DNA of 64,000 nt, from NCBI GenBank assembly GCA_030704615.1, contig CM060732.1, positions 37,014,001 to 37,078,000 of the forward strand. The letters run 5' to 3'. The DNA comes from Takakia lepidozioides. Taxonomy: Eukaryota > Plantae > Bryophyta. Positions 35,450 to 47,000 of the stretch are shown piece after piece; position 1 is the stretch's first letter, and each line of letters starts with the position of its first letter. The position numbers and the translations under genes are program-made. The notes below the pieces were generated by a model, which was not told where the DNA came from, did no database searches, and was given only the letters and a program-made list of their open reading frames with translations.

Positions 35450-38400
35450 TAGGCTGCTCCGCGTCTTTCTTTCTTTTTCTCCTCTCACCCCACCCCCCTC
35501 TCATTCCCCTTCTTTCCCCCCTAGTTTGGTGTGTCTAACAGTCTGGTTCTCTCTTTTGTCCTAGTTTCTTAGTCCTGTCCAGCTTGTCTCTATGGCTCCA
35601 AATGCGAGCGCTTCTTTTGGGGGCCCGCCCAAATCTTCTGCTTTCGGATCCAATAGACAGTAGCGTGAGAGGCGTAGAAGCGGAGGGTTCTATAGACAAA
35701 ATGGTATGGGTCTTCTTGGAGCAGCCCCGCCTTCTCCTCCAAGCAAGCAGGTAGAACTGTGGAGTGAGGAAGCACCTATCATGAGAGAAGACCAGCCTGT
35801 TTTAGCTTTGAACATGGAGGTCATAAAAAACTACTCACTGCTGTTGGCTGATAGAGGAATCTTACTGCACTTCCCAGGTCGGGTTCGTGACCGGCATTGG
35901 GCTCGAACGTGGACCCAAGAGCATTTGGGCCCTGATTGTGGCCTCACCAAGCATTTTTGCCACCCCGTGGGAAGTGGATTCTTCTCTATCCTCTTTAGCT
36001 CTGCAGAGTTTGCTGAAAAGGCGCTGAGGTTCAACATCCGGAAGTCTCGCTACAGAGTCCATATATTCCCCTGGTCTTCCGATTGGGGTCATAAAATGGG
36101 GGTGACTTGTAAACCTAGGGTGCTTGCTCTGCCATTTCTCCCGGCCATTTACCTCAGATCACTTCCAGAAATCGGTGCCCACTTTGGTGCTAGGTTCTAT
36201 GAATGTGGATGATTTGGGTGAAGTGGACCTCCTCAGCATTGATTCGGTGGCTAACTTGAAGCACACATGGGATTCGGGAGTCCCAAAGATTGTGGTTTGG
36301 ATGCCTGAGAATGCCACTATAGAGGCCTCTCTAAAACTGCAAACTTTGGATAATTCGTTTATCACAGTAGCAGTGTTGGAAGAGTCCCTCAAAGTCCTTT
36401 GTCACCAATGTCATAAGGAATGACACTTTAAAGTAGATTGCCCACAACTTAAGAAGGCAAAGAATTATAACGAAGTGTCCCCGTCTGTGGTAGCAGTGCA
36501 GGATGCAATGAATCAATTCGAGCACAGGGGTATTGGTTCATTCAGAGGAAGGACTGATAGGGAAAGAAATGGCAGTGGTTTTGAAGATGAGGCCTCTCCG
36601 TCTGAGAGACACCAGGCCAAGAGACCTAGAATACTCTCCACCCCAACGTCTGCTGCGCAGTTTAATCCGAAGGAATTCCTGCTCTCTCCGGTGTCATTGA
36701 TCAAGCGGTCCAGAGCGGAAGCAGTTAATTATAAAGTGGGGCAGGGTGAAGAGGATAATCTGGGAGTCTTCTGCTTTCGCCTCAAATCCTTTCATAGGCT
36801 GCTTCTCCCGGACGACCCTTCCCCTTCGGATGGCCCGGTTTACCTGGGAGTGCGCATCACCCCGCTGATTTTCAGTACCACTGATGATGGCCACGCGCTC
36901 CTGGCCACAAGAAAAAACACCTTTTGCGGGATCATGGATCTTCCCGGAAGATGTCTCAACTTTCTCCACAGGAAAAAAGATGGATGTCATTCTTGCTAAA
37001 ATTAGCTGCATTTTCCTGCATTATCTTCCCAATCTACTCCGGAGACACCTATCTTCTTCGGTGCTTTCCAGCACCAAAGTCCTCTGGTGATTATAGTGTT
37101 CAGCTCCATCCTATCATTCGTCTTTCAGACCTTAAAATGCTGGACTCCTCCTCTTCTGCTCTAACCTGGTTGGCTGGTAAGAACATTCCAGAAGGTTTTG
37201 GGGAGGAGGGAAACAGGAAATTCTTGAATGCGATCTTTGAGGCGGGAATGAAAATTGTGGAGGAATTTCACTACTCTCAAAGAAACATGCCAACAGAGGA
37301 TGAACCTCCCTCAGTGGACAAATTCTTCACTATTATGGACTTGGCCACCTCTGCCCCTTCACCGGTGAGCTCAGCCCCATTTTGGTGCTCTCACTTGCCT
37401 CTCCTTCTCTCCCCAATTGCTTCCCTCACCCACTCCTTCCCCCACTCCTTCACTCCTTCTGTTTTTCCCCTTAGTCGTCCTTTCTGTTTTTCCAGAAAGT
37501 TGGTCTTCCTAGGGTGCGATTCTCTCTCTGAATATAATCACCTCCTCACCTCTAAAGTCGTCTCGTCTTCGGGGCTGCTGTTGTCCCCGGTCTATGTCTC
37601 CCCCCTTCTTTTCCTGGGTTAACGGATCTTTCTGTGTCAAGTATTGGTTGAAATCCCTTATGCATGCCATCCCCTGTATTCATCTTCAGCTTCTCCAAGC
37701 TATGTCAGAACAGTCATCAAATCGTGGGATTCTCCCTGCAGGGTGGGATAAGCTTCCCACATGACCTGGTCTCTATATTCTTGGAACATCAGGGGCATGG
37801 GTTCGGATACCACCATGCCCAAAAGGCGTAGGATCAAGATGTGGGCCTCTACCTTCCTCTCTTCTTCAGCAATTATCTTCCTACAAGAGACTAAGTTGGA
37901 TGACGTTAAGATTCAATCTATTGGAAACAGTTTTTGGCCTACGCAAGTGGCATGGTGGAACCCACTGTCTCCTCCTGTAGGGGAGGTACGGCGATTTTGG
38001 TGTCTCCTACTATTGCTGGCTCTATCAATAAGGTTGAAACTTGGATCCAGGGTAGGGTACAATGTTTATTCATGGAACCCTCTTCCTCCTTTGGTTCAAC
38101 TGCCTTTATCAATGTTTATGCGCCTAATCAGTCTCATGACAGAGCGGTGCTCTGGGATTCTATCAGGGACAAAATCACCAACTTTCCCAACACCCACAAC
38201 TGGGTGCTAGCTGGTGATTTCAACATGGTGGATAATTTTAATGATAGGCTGGTTCATGCTTCTCACTCTTTATCTGATGAGGAGCAAACTGCTTGGGACA
38301 TGCTTTGTTTTTCTGTTGGGTTAGTGGATATCCTTTCAGAATCCTCTGCTGGATTGAGATTTATGTGGTCTAATATGAGGAATCCACCCCATCTTTGTAT

Positions 38401-41400
38401 GGCCCGTCTGGACAGAATTTACTGTTCACAATCTCCCCTTTCTTGGGCTAAAGGTATGGCTCAGTCTCCTATCCTAGCTGACTTTGATCATGCCATGGTT
38501 GCTGCGGAGTTCAACCCCCCTGGAATGCATGTTAGAGGGCGTGGTTATTTTAAACTCAACCCTAGCATTTTGAAAAGAGAGGACTGTCTACAAAACTGAA
38601 ACAAGAATGGTTGTCGGCCGGTTCTGGATTTCATTCCCCCACCATCTCCTTCTTGCATAAACTCCAAGCTACTAGAAGAGTGGCTCAAGTCCTCTCTCGC
38701 ACTGTTGCAGCTGACAGAACCCAGCATCGTAAAGCACTTATTAAGTGTTTGCAGCACTGCCAGAAAAGAATTGAAGAAGGGAATTGTGGCAACATAACGA
38801 TGGAATCTTATCTTGCAGCCAAGCGTAATCTGGCTGCTCTGGACGCAGAAAAAGAGAAATTTCTTCGTATACGTGCGGGAGTTAACTGGTCATTGAAAGG
38901 GGAGAAGATGACTGGTTACTTTTTTCAGAAAGCAAGACAAAGAAGAGAATCTACACACCTTCATGTTATCTCTACCCCGGGTGGTGCTTCTTTCACACAA
39001 CCCAAAGAGATGGTTGCTGCTGCAGCTGATCACTTTACTAAGCTCTTCGCTGTCACGCGAGAGGATGTAAGTTCATTAAACCTTCGTTCTGAGGTGATTA
39101 GCTCCTTTCCAAAACTTCTCTCCACTGATGAGTAGGACGCCTTATCTGCTCCCTTTACTGCCTCTGAGTTGTTAGAGGTTGCTGAAGCTCTAAGCTCGTT
39201 TAAGTCCCCAGATGTCCAATGACATTTTGAGCAAGGGGATCATGCCTTCGCAACTGGCACAAGGTGTCATCACCCTTGTTCACAAAAAAGGGGACCGTGA
39301 GATTCTCTCCAATTATAGACCTATTACTCTGTTGAATTCTTCTTATAAGATCATCGCCAAGGCTCTGGCACAAAGGTTGCAGCCCTTATTGTCAAAGTTA
39401 ATAAGGCCAGAACAAATAGGATTCTTGAAAAATAGAATGATTCTTGATAACATCATTCTTACCAATGAGGCTCTCCATCTGGCTCGCATTGACAATCAAC
39501 CCCTGGCCCTCTTGATGTTGGATTTTGAAAAAACCTTTGATAACATTAATTGGAGCTATCTCTTGGGTGCCTTAGAAGCGGTTGGGATCAATGGTAACTT
39601 TCTTCAATGGATTCGAATCCTTCTCTCTTCTGTTTCAAGCAGAGTGGTGGTTAATGGTGTAGTTTCCAAAGCCTTCCCTCTCTTCAAGTCTGTCAGACAA
39701 GGGTGCCCGTTAGCTCCATTTCTTTTTTTAATTGCGGCTGATGGGCTGGGTCACTTGTTGGATAACAGAAAAGATACCCTGGGTCTGGTGATTCCTAACT
39801 CTTCAAATGACCTCGCCTCCTCCATTCGCTCCTCGTTGTATGCTGATGATATTTCTCTGTTCATCAATAACTCCTCCCTTTCCAACATCAATGCGGCCCT
39901 CAATTCTTTGAAGACATTTTGTGCAGCTTCAGGCCTTAAAATTAATTGGAATATGTCGGTTGGTTTATTAAGCCAGCTAGCTGATCCTTCAGTCACTGCA
40001 CACATTGACCCGTGGGGTATCGAATTGGGCTTGAGGTGGCTTTTGGATGGTGAATCTCATGAGCTTTTAGGGCAGCTGGTGGGGACCAATATCTCTGATG
40101 ATGCCAGGTTTGCTGCTGCCCTATCCAAGCTGAAAAGAAAGCTTGCGCATTGGAGTTCTTTGCATCTGTCTCTCGTGGGTAGAGCTTTGATTGTTAACCA
40201 CGTGCTTTTGGACACTTTGTGGTTTCTTGCTTCGGTATGGTCGCCTGAGGCTTCCATCATAAAAAAAAGTGAAATCTCTGATGAGGAATTTTATTTGGGG
40301 TGCTACTCCCTCCTCCGCCTCCAAAAGAGCTTTAGTAAGCTGGGATCAACTTACTCAAAGCAAAAAAAACGGGGGATTAGGGGTGTTAGATCCCCAAACA
40401 CAAATCACGGCCTTGTTGCCCAAGTGGGTCCCTAGAGCTCTTTCTCACCTTTCTAGCCCTTGGAGCAGGTTGGTTCGTCAGAATCTAATGGCGGTCATCC
40501 CTCGTACTAGTGACAAATGGGCTCACTCGCTGAGATGGATTACCCAAGGTGGTAAGCTCAATGAAAGGTCGGGTTTGGGTTTTCGAGCGTGGCAATCCAT
40601 CTGGAAGGCTTGGTATAAGTTGCGCCCGTTCTTGGTACAGCTATGTCCCTTTTCATTTAGCCGGGTCTTGAGGCAACCACTTTTTGGGAATTATAATCGT
40701 GATAAGGAGATTCTGATTACATGTACCAAACGCTGGGCTGAATGGGAAGATGCAGGTTTGGCCCACCTCTTGCATTTCTGGGATGGTAACTCTATATCTT
40801 TGATCTCTCCACAATCTGCTGCGCAACATCTATCAAATAGAAGGGTTAATTTGGGTTGGAATGCAGTCATGGGGGAACTCCCCAACAATTGGAATAGGCT
40901 TATTGCTGACCCCAATCTCATGTCATTGCCGGGCTGGCTGGGTTTTGTTGTTGACTCCCAACCCATAGCCATTTACGCGATTGCCAGAGGTAGCTCCGGT
41001 ATGCATGGTACTGGTTTTGAGGTAAACAAGGACGGAATCCTGCTCCCCCCTAAGGCAGTAAGTGTCCCTGCAGACTGCCATTTCTTTGAGATCAGGGTCT
41101 ATTGTAAGCTTTCAGGAAACACAAACCCTCTACCTCCCTTGGACCTGCAACATTATGAGGGGAACTTCTGTTGGTTTCTTTCTGCCCCTCTTAAACTACT
41201 TTAGTTTGACCCTGGGGAGTGGATTTGGATGTCCAAGGGACACGACCCATTTTTCAATTATTCGGTTAAGCTTGGGTACAGGTTGTTGATGCCTAAAAAA
41301 GGATTCGATCAAAAATGGTCTAATAAGTGGCAACATCTGCCTGGGCCTGCAGTCCCTTAGCTTGGAAGATGGTTTGGCGTGATATTTGGAAAAAACACAG

Positions 41401-42265
41401 GTCTTCGAAAGTTACGGCCTCCTATGGAAGGTGGTCAATAGGATCTTGCCTGTGGCGGCAAACTTTGAAGATTCATCCTTGAACTGTATGTCTTGTATCC
41501 TGGCTGCAGAGGAAAATTTGGAACATGCCTTGGGGCTTTGCCCATTCGCCTGTGCTATTTGGGAAAAGGCCCTTCATCTGCACTCCTTCTGGTCCTCTAA
41601 CTTGGACTCCTCCCTTCAGTCTTGCTTCTCAATGTCAAGGCAAAATTCATTGTTCTTGCCCTATTTGGGAGTCACTGAGAGGTATCATATTGTGGGAGAT
41701 TTGGAAAATGAGATATTGTGTGGTGTATAAAAAAGAGAGGTCGTGTTTGAATAAAGTTCTTTTTCTGGCTCACTCAGACCTTAAGTCTCAGGCTCGCAAA
41801 GCTTGGTCTGTTTGGTTGCAGCTCTTTCCAAGTGTCACAGCAGTCGAAGACCTCAACTCTTTGCCGCCTTCGACAAATCCTGGGGAAAAGATCTCGTGTT
41901 CTACAAGAGAATTGATGACACTAGGATTGTGTGGGAAGACTCCCCCCCTGCCTGTTGGAAGCTCAACTAGTACTAAACAGACTTCATTGGGGAACGAAGA
42001 CGCAGAAATAAATTGGAGACACAAGTGTAGTGGCTCTAGGAAGGCAAAGTCAAAGACACAACTTTCGTTTGATGGGGCCAAAAGAAAAAGGGGTAGTATG
42101 TAGGTGGTTTTCTTAAGTCAACCAGTATCCTACTTCTCTTGCCTTCCCATATGGGACAGATGGTCCTGTTTTCATAGTTCTTCTTCTCCTTTCTCTTCAC
42201 CTCCTCTCTAATTTCCTTAGTTAGGAATTTACTTCCAGTTGAGGCCAGTTTCATCTCCCCTGATA
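35450..42265 (+). mobile_element. Near-full-length decayed L1/Tx1-type LINE
   Basis: ORF1 from 35706: DUF4283-like region (GSGFFSILF...IFPW) and knuckle CHQCHKE*HFKVDC. ORF2 from 37761: SWNIRG, FLQETK, NVYAPN, GDFN, RLDRIY; RT NYRPITLLN, LDFEKTFD, VRQGCPLAP, YADD; C-terminal zf-RVT CMSC...EHALGLC. Boundaries approximate. Confidence 0.9.
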
Positions 42266-42334
42266 TCTGACATGTTGGTCCGGATTGCCTGGTATTATGT
42301 TTCTTAATATTATGGGCGATACCTACCAGTCTGG

Positions 42335-42810
42335 TAGGCGGTTGAAAATCTGGTACTTGATACCAGTACCTGATCCATTTTAGGTGTCAGTATTGACGAT
42401 GCACTGTGCACAATACGGATGCAGCTTTCAATCTTGAATCTGAGCTCTTAGATAAGCGAAGATGAAATACAAGAAGGTGAATACTTTGACGAATAAATTC
42501 AATGAGAAGCATGTTTATTGTACATGTAGAATGAGAAGTGGGCCTTTTAATATGAATATATAGTGGGTTTGTTGGATACTAGACCCGTATTGGTAATGCC
42601 CTGGTTTTGGTTGCTCAAAACTCTTGATATTGATACCCGTAAAACACCTCAACGATAATGCATTATTGATACCACCACGGTTTTCAAATCTCAGGTTTTT
42701 GCCGATAACAGTGCTTCCCTGGTATCAGACTTGGACGAAGGCCTCTATACCAGTACGAGCCTGGTATGTTCAAAATAATATACCAGTCCAACACTAGTAT
42801 CAACGGCTTT
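42335..42810. mobile_element. Possible remnant of a non-autonomous DNA transposon (hAT-like subterminal repeats)
   Basis: Clustered ATACC/TACCAGT/GGTAT motifs in both orientations; imperfect inverted repeat cggttgaaaat / ggttttcaaat. Confidence 0.3.
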
Positions 42811-42904
42811 GGACCATCGTTCTCACACGTGTGATTTGTCATCACTGACATGGGAAGGTGGGGACGTTCATCCGTCTTCTGTGAAGCAGCGTAATGATAG
42901 AATG

Positions 42905-43032
42905 GTAAGCGGGAAGGCTGCCCTAGAAAATGGCAGACAGGAAATTTGTTAAGTTTGAAAAGTTGGAATTAAAGTTAAAGTTAAAAAAGACGGCAGAAAT
43001 TGCGCTTCGTTTGAATTTCACGCGCGGGAAGG
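42905..43032 (+). promoter_or_regulatory. Candidate E2F-like and CHR-like cell-cycle elements upstream of CMT
   Basis: GCGCGGGAAG at 43022-43031, GCGGGAAG at about 42909, TTTGAA at about 42954 and 43010. Confidence 0.35.
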
Positions 43033-44044
43033 TTGATAGTTGATGACCGGACCGGCTTCGGATGAATGTCATCTCTCAACATCTCTTGCAAGCGGACGAA
43101 CAGAGATGGAAACCCGACTTCGTCGACGAGAAGATGGGTCTTTGCTTCTTCTTGTCTGCAGGAGAGTACTTACTTTGGAGCTCTGGGTTCCCGCGCATGG
43201 GGTCAGATTCTCGGTAGGGACGATGCGATTCTGCAGGAGCAGATTGGATCAATCTGTTATGATTGATGAGGGAAACTTCTGGTTGCGTTTCTCATCAGGG
43301 CCTTCATTCTTCCTTGCATTGGTTTTTTGTGAAGACGTTGCTTGGGATCCCTCAGCTGGGGATTAGTTTTTGTTCTCTGTGCTGTTGTCGCTCTCGTGCA
43401 CCTCGTTGTCTTTGATGGACAGTGCTGAGGAATTTTGTGATTGATTTTCTCGTAAGCCGATTCTTGCAAATAAGAGGCCCATAGTCTTTCTCCTTTCCCG
43501 CAGAGTGTTTCCCGATTATTGCTGGGGTCGTTTTTCTCAATCAAGAACCTGTACATAGCTAGAGGTCGAGTGTATCTGTCTCTTGACTTCTCATCTTTCC
43601 CTTCAGTGCTGGTTTGGTGTGGAAGATTCGGTCCATGCAAGTACACACCATTGAAATATTGTTTATCTCTACAAGGTTAGATTGCTACCACGGGTCCTCA
43701 TTCTTATTCTTCAGTTCTGCAAGAGTTACTCCTGCATAGTCGTTTTTCCTTCCCTATCCATCTAGCCTCCTCCCGCACACGTTTCTACTACTTCCGGCTT
43801 CATGAGCACGGACTGATCCTCGGAGCTTAGCAGGCCTTTCGCTTTTTTGCTCGTCCAGTATCTGTTGCGTTTATTTGAATTCATTTATCAGCTACTACCT
43901 TTTCATATCGTTGCTTTGTTGCCCTCATGCTCGTATACCAATCCAATCTGATTCTCGCCTCTTATCCTGCTCTTGTAACTCTGCGCAAGGGCGAGCTACC
44001 CTTGATAGTCTGATTGTAGTGCCCTTGGGAATCGACAGTCTACA

Positions 44045-47000
44045 ATGAAAAGCAAGCCTCTAGTAAGGGGGCGGCCAGTGTCTAATGGTGAGAAAAAGGC
44101 CTCCTCTACAAAGGAAGCGTTCTCAGATGACTCGGCAAAGCCAACCGCCTCCAAAGTCCCTGCCTCCAATCCTCAGAGGAAGAGATCAAAATCTGTCCCA
44201 GTTTCTGCACGGAAACCTGCTTCACAAAAGAAGCGGAAAACAGTTGAAAGATCAACAGTGAAGAAGGCTCAAGAGCAAGAACCTGTTGATTTATCGGCAT
44301 CACTTTTCCAGTCTCAAGACGATGACGAAGATGATGTTTTCCAATCTGAAGCCGTTGACCCTATCGAGAGCCCCCAGAAGAAAGTTGAATTTAAACCACA
44401 GAAGCGCGACGGCGACGCAGTCAACGCTTGTTTTGTGATCAGTAGTAGGATTCCCAGTCAAGCTGCAGTACGTGACTATCCACATCGATATTCCACGAAA
44501 TCCAAGGTAATTTTTGTTTACATTGTAAACTTCTCTCGCAGGGTTTCATGTGGATTTTTGATGGATTTTTCCTTCGGCCCTCCCTGTGCTGAGTATGCCT
44601 GTGGTTTACACAACCTGGGCTTCTCAGCTCCTCCACACTACCGAAGAGTGTCACTGAGGGAGTCAAATTTTGGTTAGCTCTTCCGCAAACTGTATGTTCT
44701 GCTTCTTTGCCTTTGTATCCCCTTATCATGTGGTAGACTAGACATTCAAGGCCAAGCTCAGAAGAAGTGAGTACAGAACTGGAGTAATCCACTGGAGCTA
44801 CATGTACCATCGATGTTCCTCCTCCAGGATATGGACCGGTGTACACACTAGTCACCTCAGGGTGTGTTCTTCCTCACAATACTCGTTTTATTGGAGCTTC
44901 CGTGATGTCGAAGCAGGACGGGAGGTAATCTCAAACTTTTTTTTGATGGGATTTATTAGTCGCGAGAATCGTTTTCCTGTTCTCTGAACCCTCCCACCTT
45001 CGTACAACTGTGGAGAATCTACGATACAAGCACTCTCACGTTTGGATCTGACCGATTGTCAGTACGCAGATTGTCTGTTCAGAACTTATTCTTAATCTGA
45101 TTCCTTCTGTTGGTTGCAGCCTGGTGCTAATGAGGCAAATGGGAGAAGCAGAAAAGAAAGGTTAGTTGCAAGATCCTCTAATTTTTCTTTGCCAATTCAT
45201 GGTATCTGTGGAGACTTCGCTCTGAGGGGCACTGGGAACTACAATCTCCAGGATCCAGGTGGTTGTAATCTGCAATTTGTCCTCCTTTAAACACTGAGGA
45301 GTTGAGAATGGGTACACACTAATCCATCGTCTGAAATGGCAAGCTCATTGGACACCCAAGCTTTAGGAGAGAAGTCATGTTAGTTGTGTCTATATGTTCT
45401 GGTAACTCAAGACATTTTCATGACAAATGATTTAAAGCCTTCCAATATGCAAACCCCTATGGATGGAATACCAGTCACACACAACTCCCATTTACGTGTT
45501 TCTCTCACCCACACATATAGCGTTGTCATCCTCCAAAATGGAAGCTATGCTGATGGGGATCAAAGGGAGTTTCGCTGGGATAGTGAATACATGGCACAGT
45601 GATAAATTGAAAGGTTTATTCATTTTTCTAATGTTTCTTTGCAGCAAAGGAGAGATTGAGGAAGAGCCAGAAGTGGCTTTGGGAACAGAGGGAGTTTCAC
45701 TGGGATAGTGAATACATGGCTCGGTATGATAAATTGAAAGGTTTATCATTTTTCTAATGTTTCTTTGCAGCAGAGGAGAGATTGAGGAAGAGCCAGAAGT
45801 GGCTGTGATTGCCCATTACAAGCAGGCTCGAGTTGAGGACCAACTTTATCGACTGGGTGATTGTGTCCATGTTTATGTATGTTCAGCTCTTTGGGCTTTG
45901 TTATGATTTTTTTTGCTTGAGACCTTTGTTTTTCTTAATCTACTTATTTCCCAGTCACCTAATCTTCCTTGTGTGTGTGGTGAGAGAGAGAGCCGACCAG
46001 AGTCAGCGTAACTCAAAGCCCGCTTCACCTTGCAGCTCTTCCTTTCAACATTCTTAATTGTTGGGAGTTGTGAGGGTATCTGATGAAGTATCCTGGACTG
46101 GAGAAAAAGTTGATTTGTGCTGAAGCAAGGGTAAATTATGGTGTCACTTCACCCTGAAGGAAGTGAAGGTGGACATCTTTAGGACTGGGGAACTCCTTTG
46201 ACCAATAATTTTGAACTCCTAAGCAGTGCATGTCATTGTGACATTGTACCCTTTGCCACCTTTTTTCTTGTTCTTTAGCTCATAGTGTACACTCATGTAA
46301 TGGCCATTTATAATATCCAAGGTTATGCATTTTCTCCTTTCCAGTTTGTTTGGGTGTTAATTGTGAGAACTGTAACTTGAGAGCCAGGTTAATTGACAAC
46401 TTCAGGCCAAATTTCTTTCAAACAACAGAAATGAAGTGTCTTCATTGTCTCCATGCTGATCCTGGTTTGGGTGAGTGGATGGGAAGTCTGGAGTGGCAAC
46501 AGACTATTTAGGCAGGATCATTGAGTTCTTTGAGAAGGAAGACAAAAGTGAGTGGTTTGGTGTGCAATGGTTCTTTCGAGCTGGAGATACGGTAAGCCCT
46601 TGACACGATTACTTCAAATCTTGGTTGTGATGACTAGGATTACTGCCTTAGGCTACATTGCAATGCTGTTCACTTTGTCAAATCTACGCAAAGCACCTAT
46701 GTCAGCAGTGAGGACCAGAAGTACCAGAGTACAGGACTAATTTCATCATTCTCATTTGGAATGAGAGAAACCTTTACATATAGAGCTGGCTTACATCGAG
46801 TTTTTAATATCTAAAATTTCCCTTGGGTTTATGTACTTATGATTGTTCTCTGTACAAAAAACACTTCAGAAGTTCTCTCCGTATTGGAACAATCTCATCA
46901 AAGCTCAAATGTTCACTACCAACTTCCAGTCCTGCTGTACTTTACCCCCTAGGTTCTGAATGTTGAATGAAGTGAATGATGCTAGCACAGCTGCCTTACC

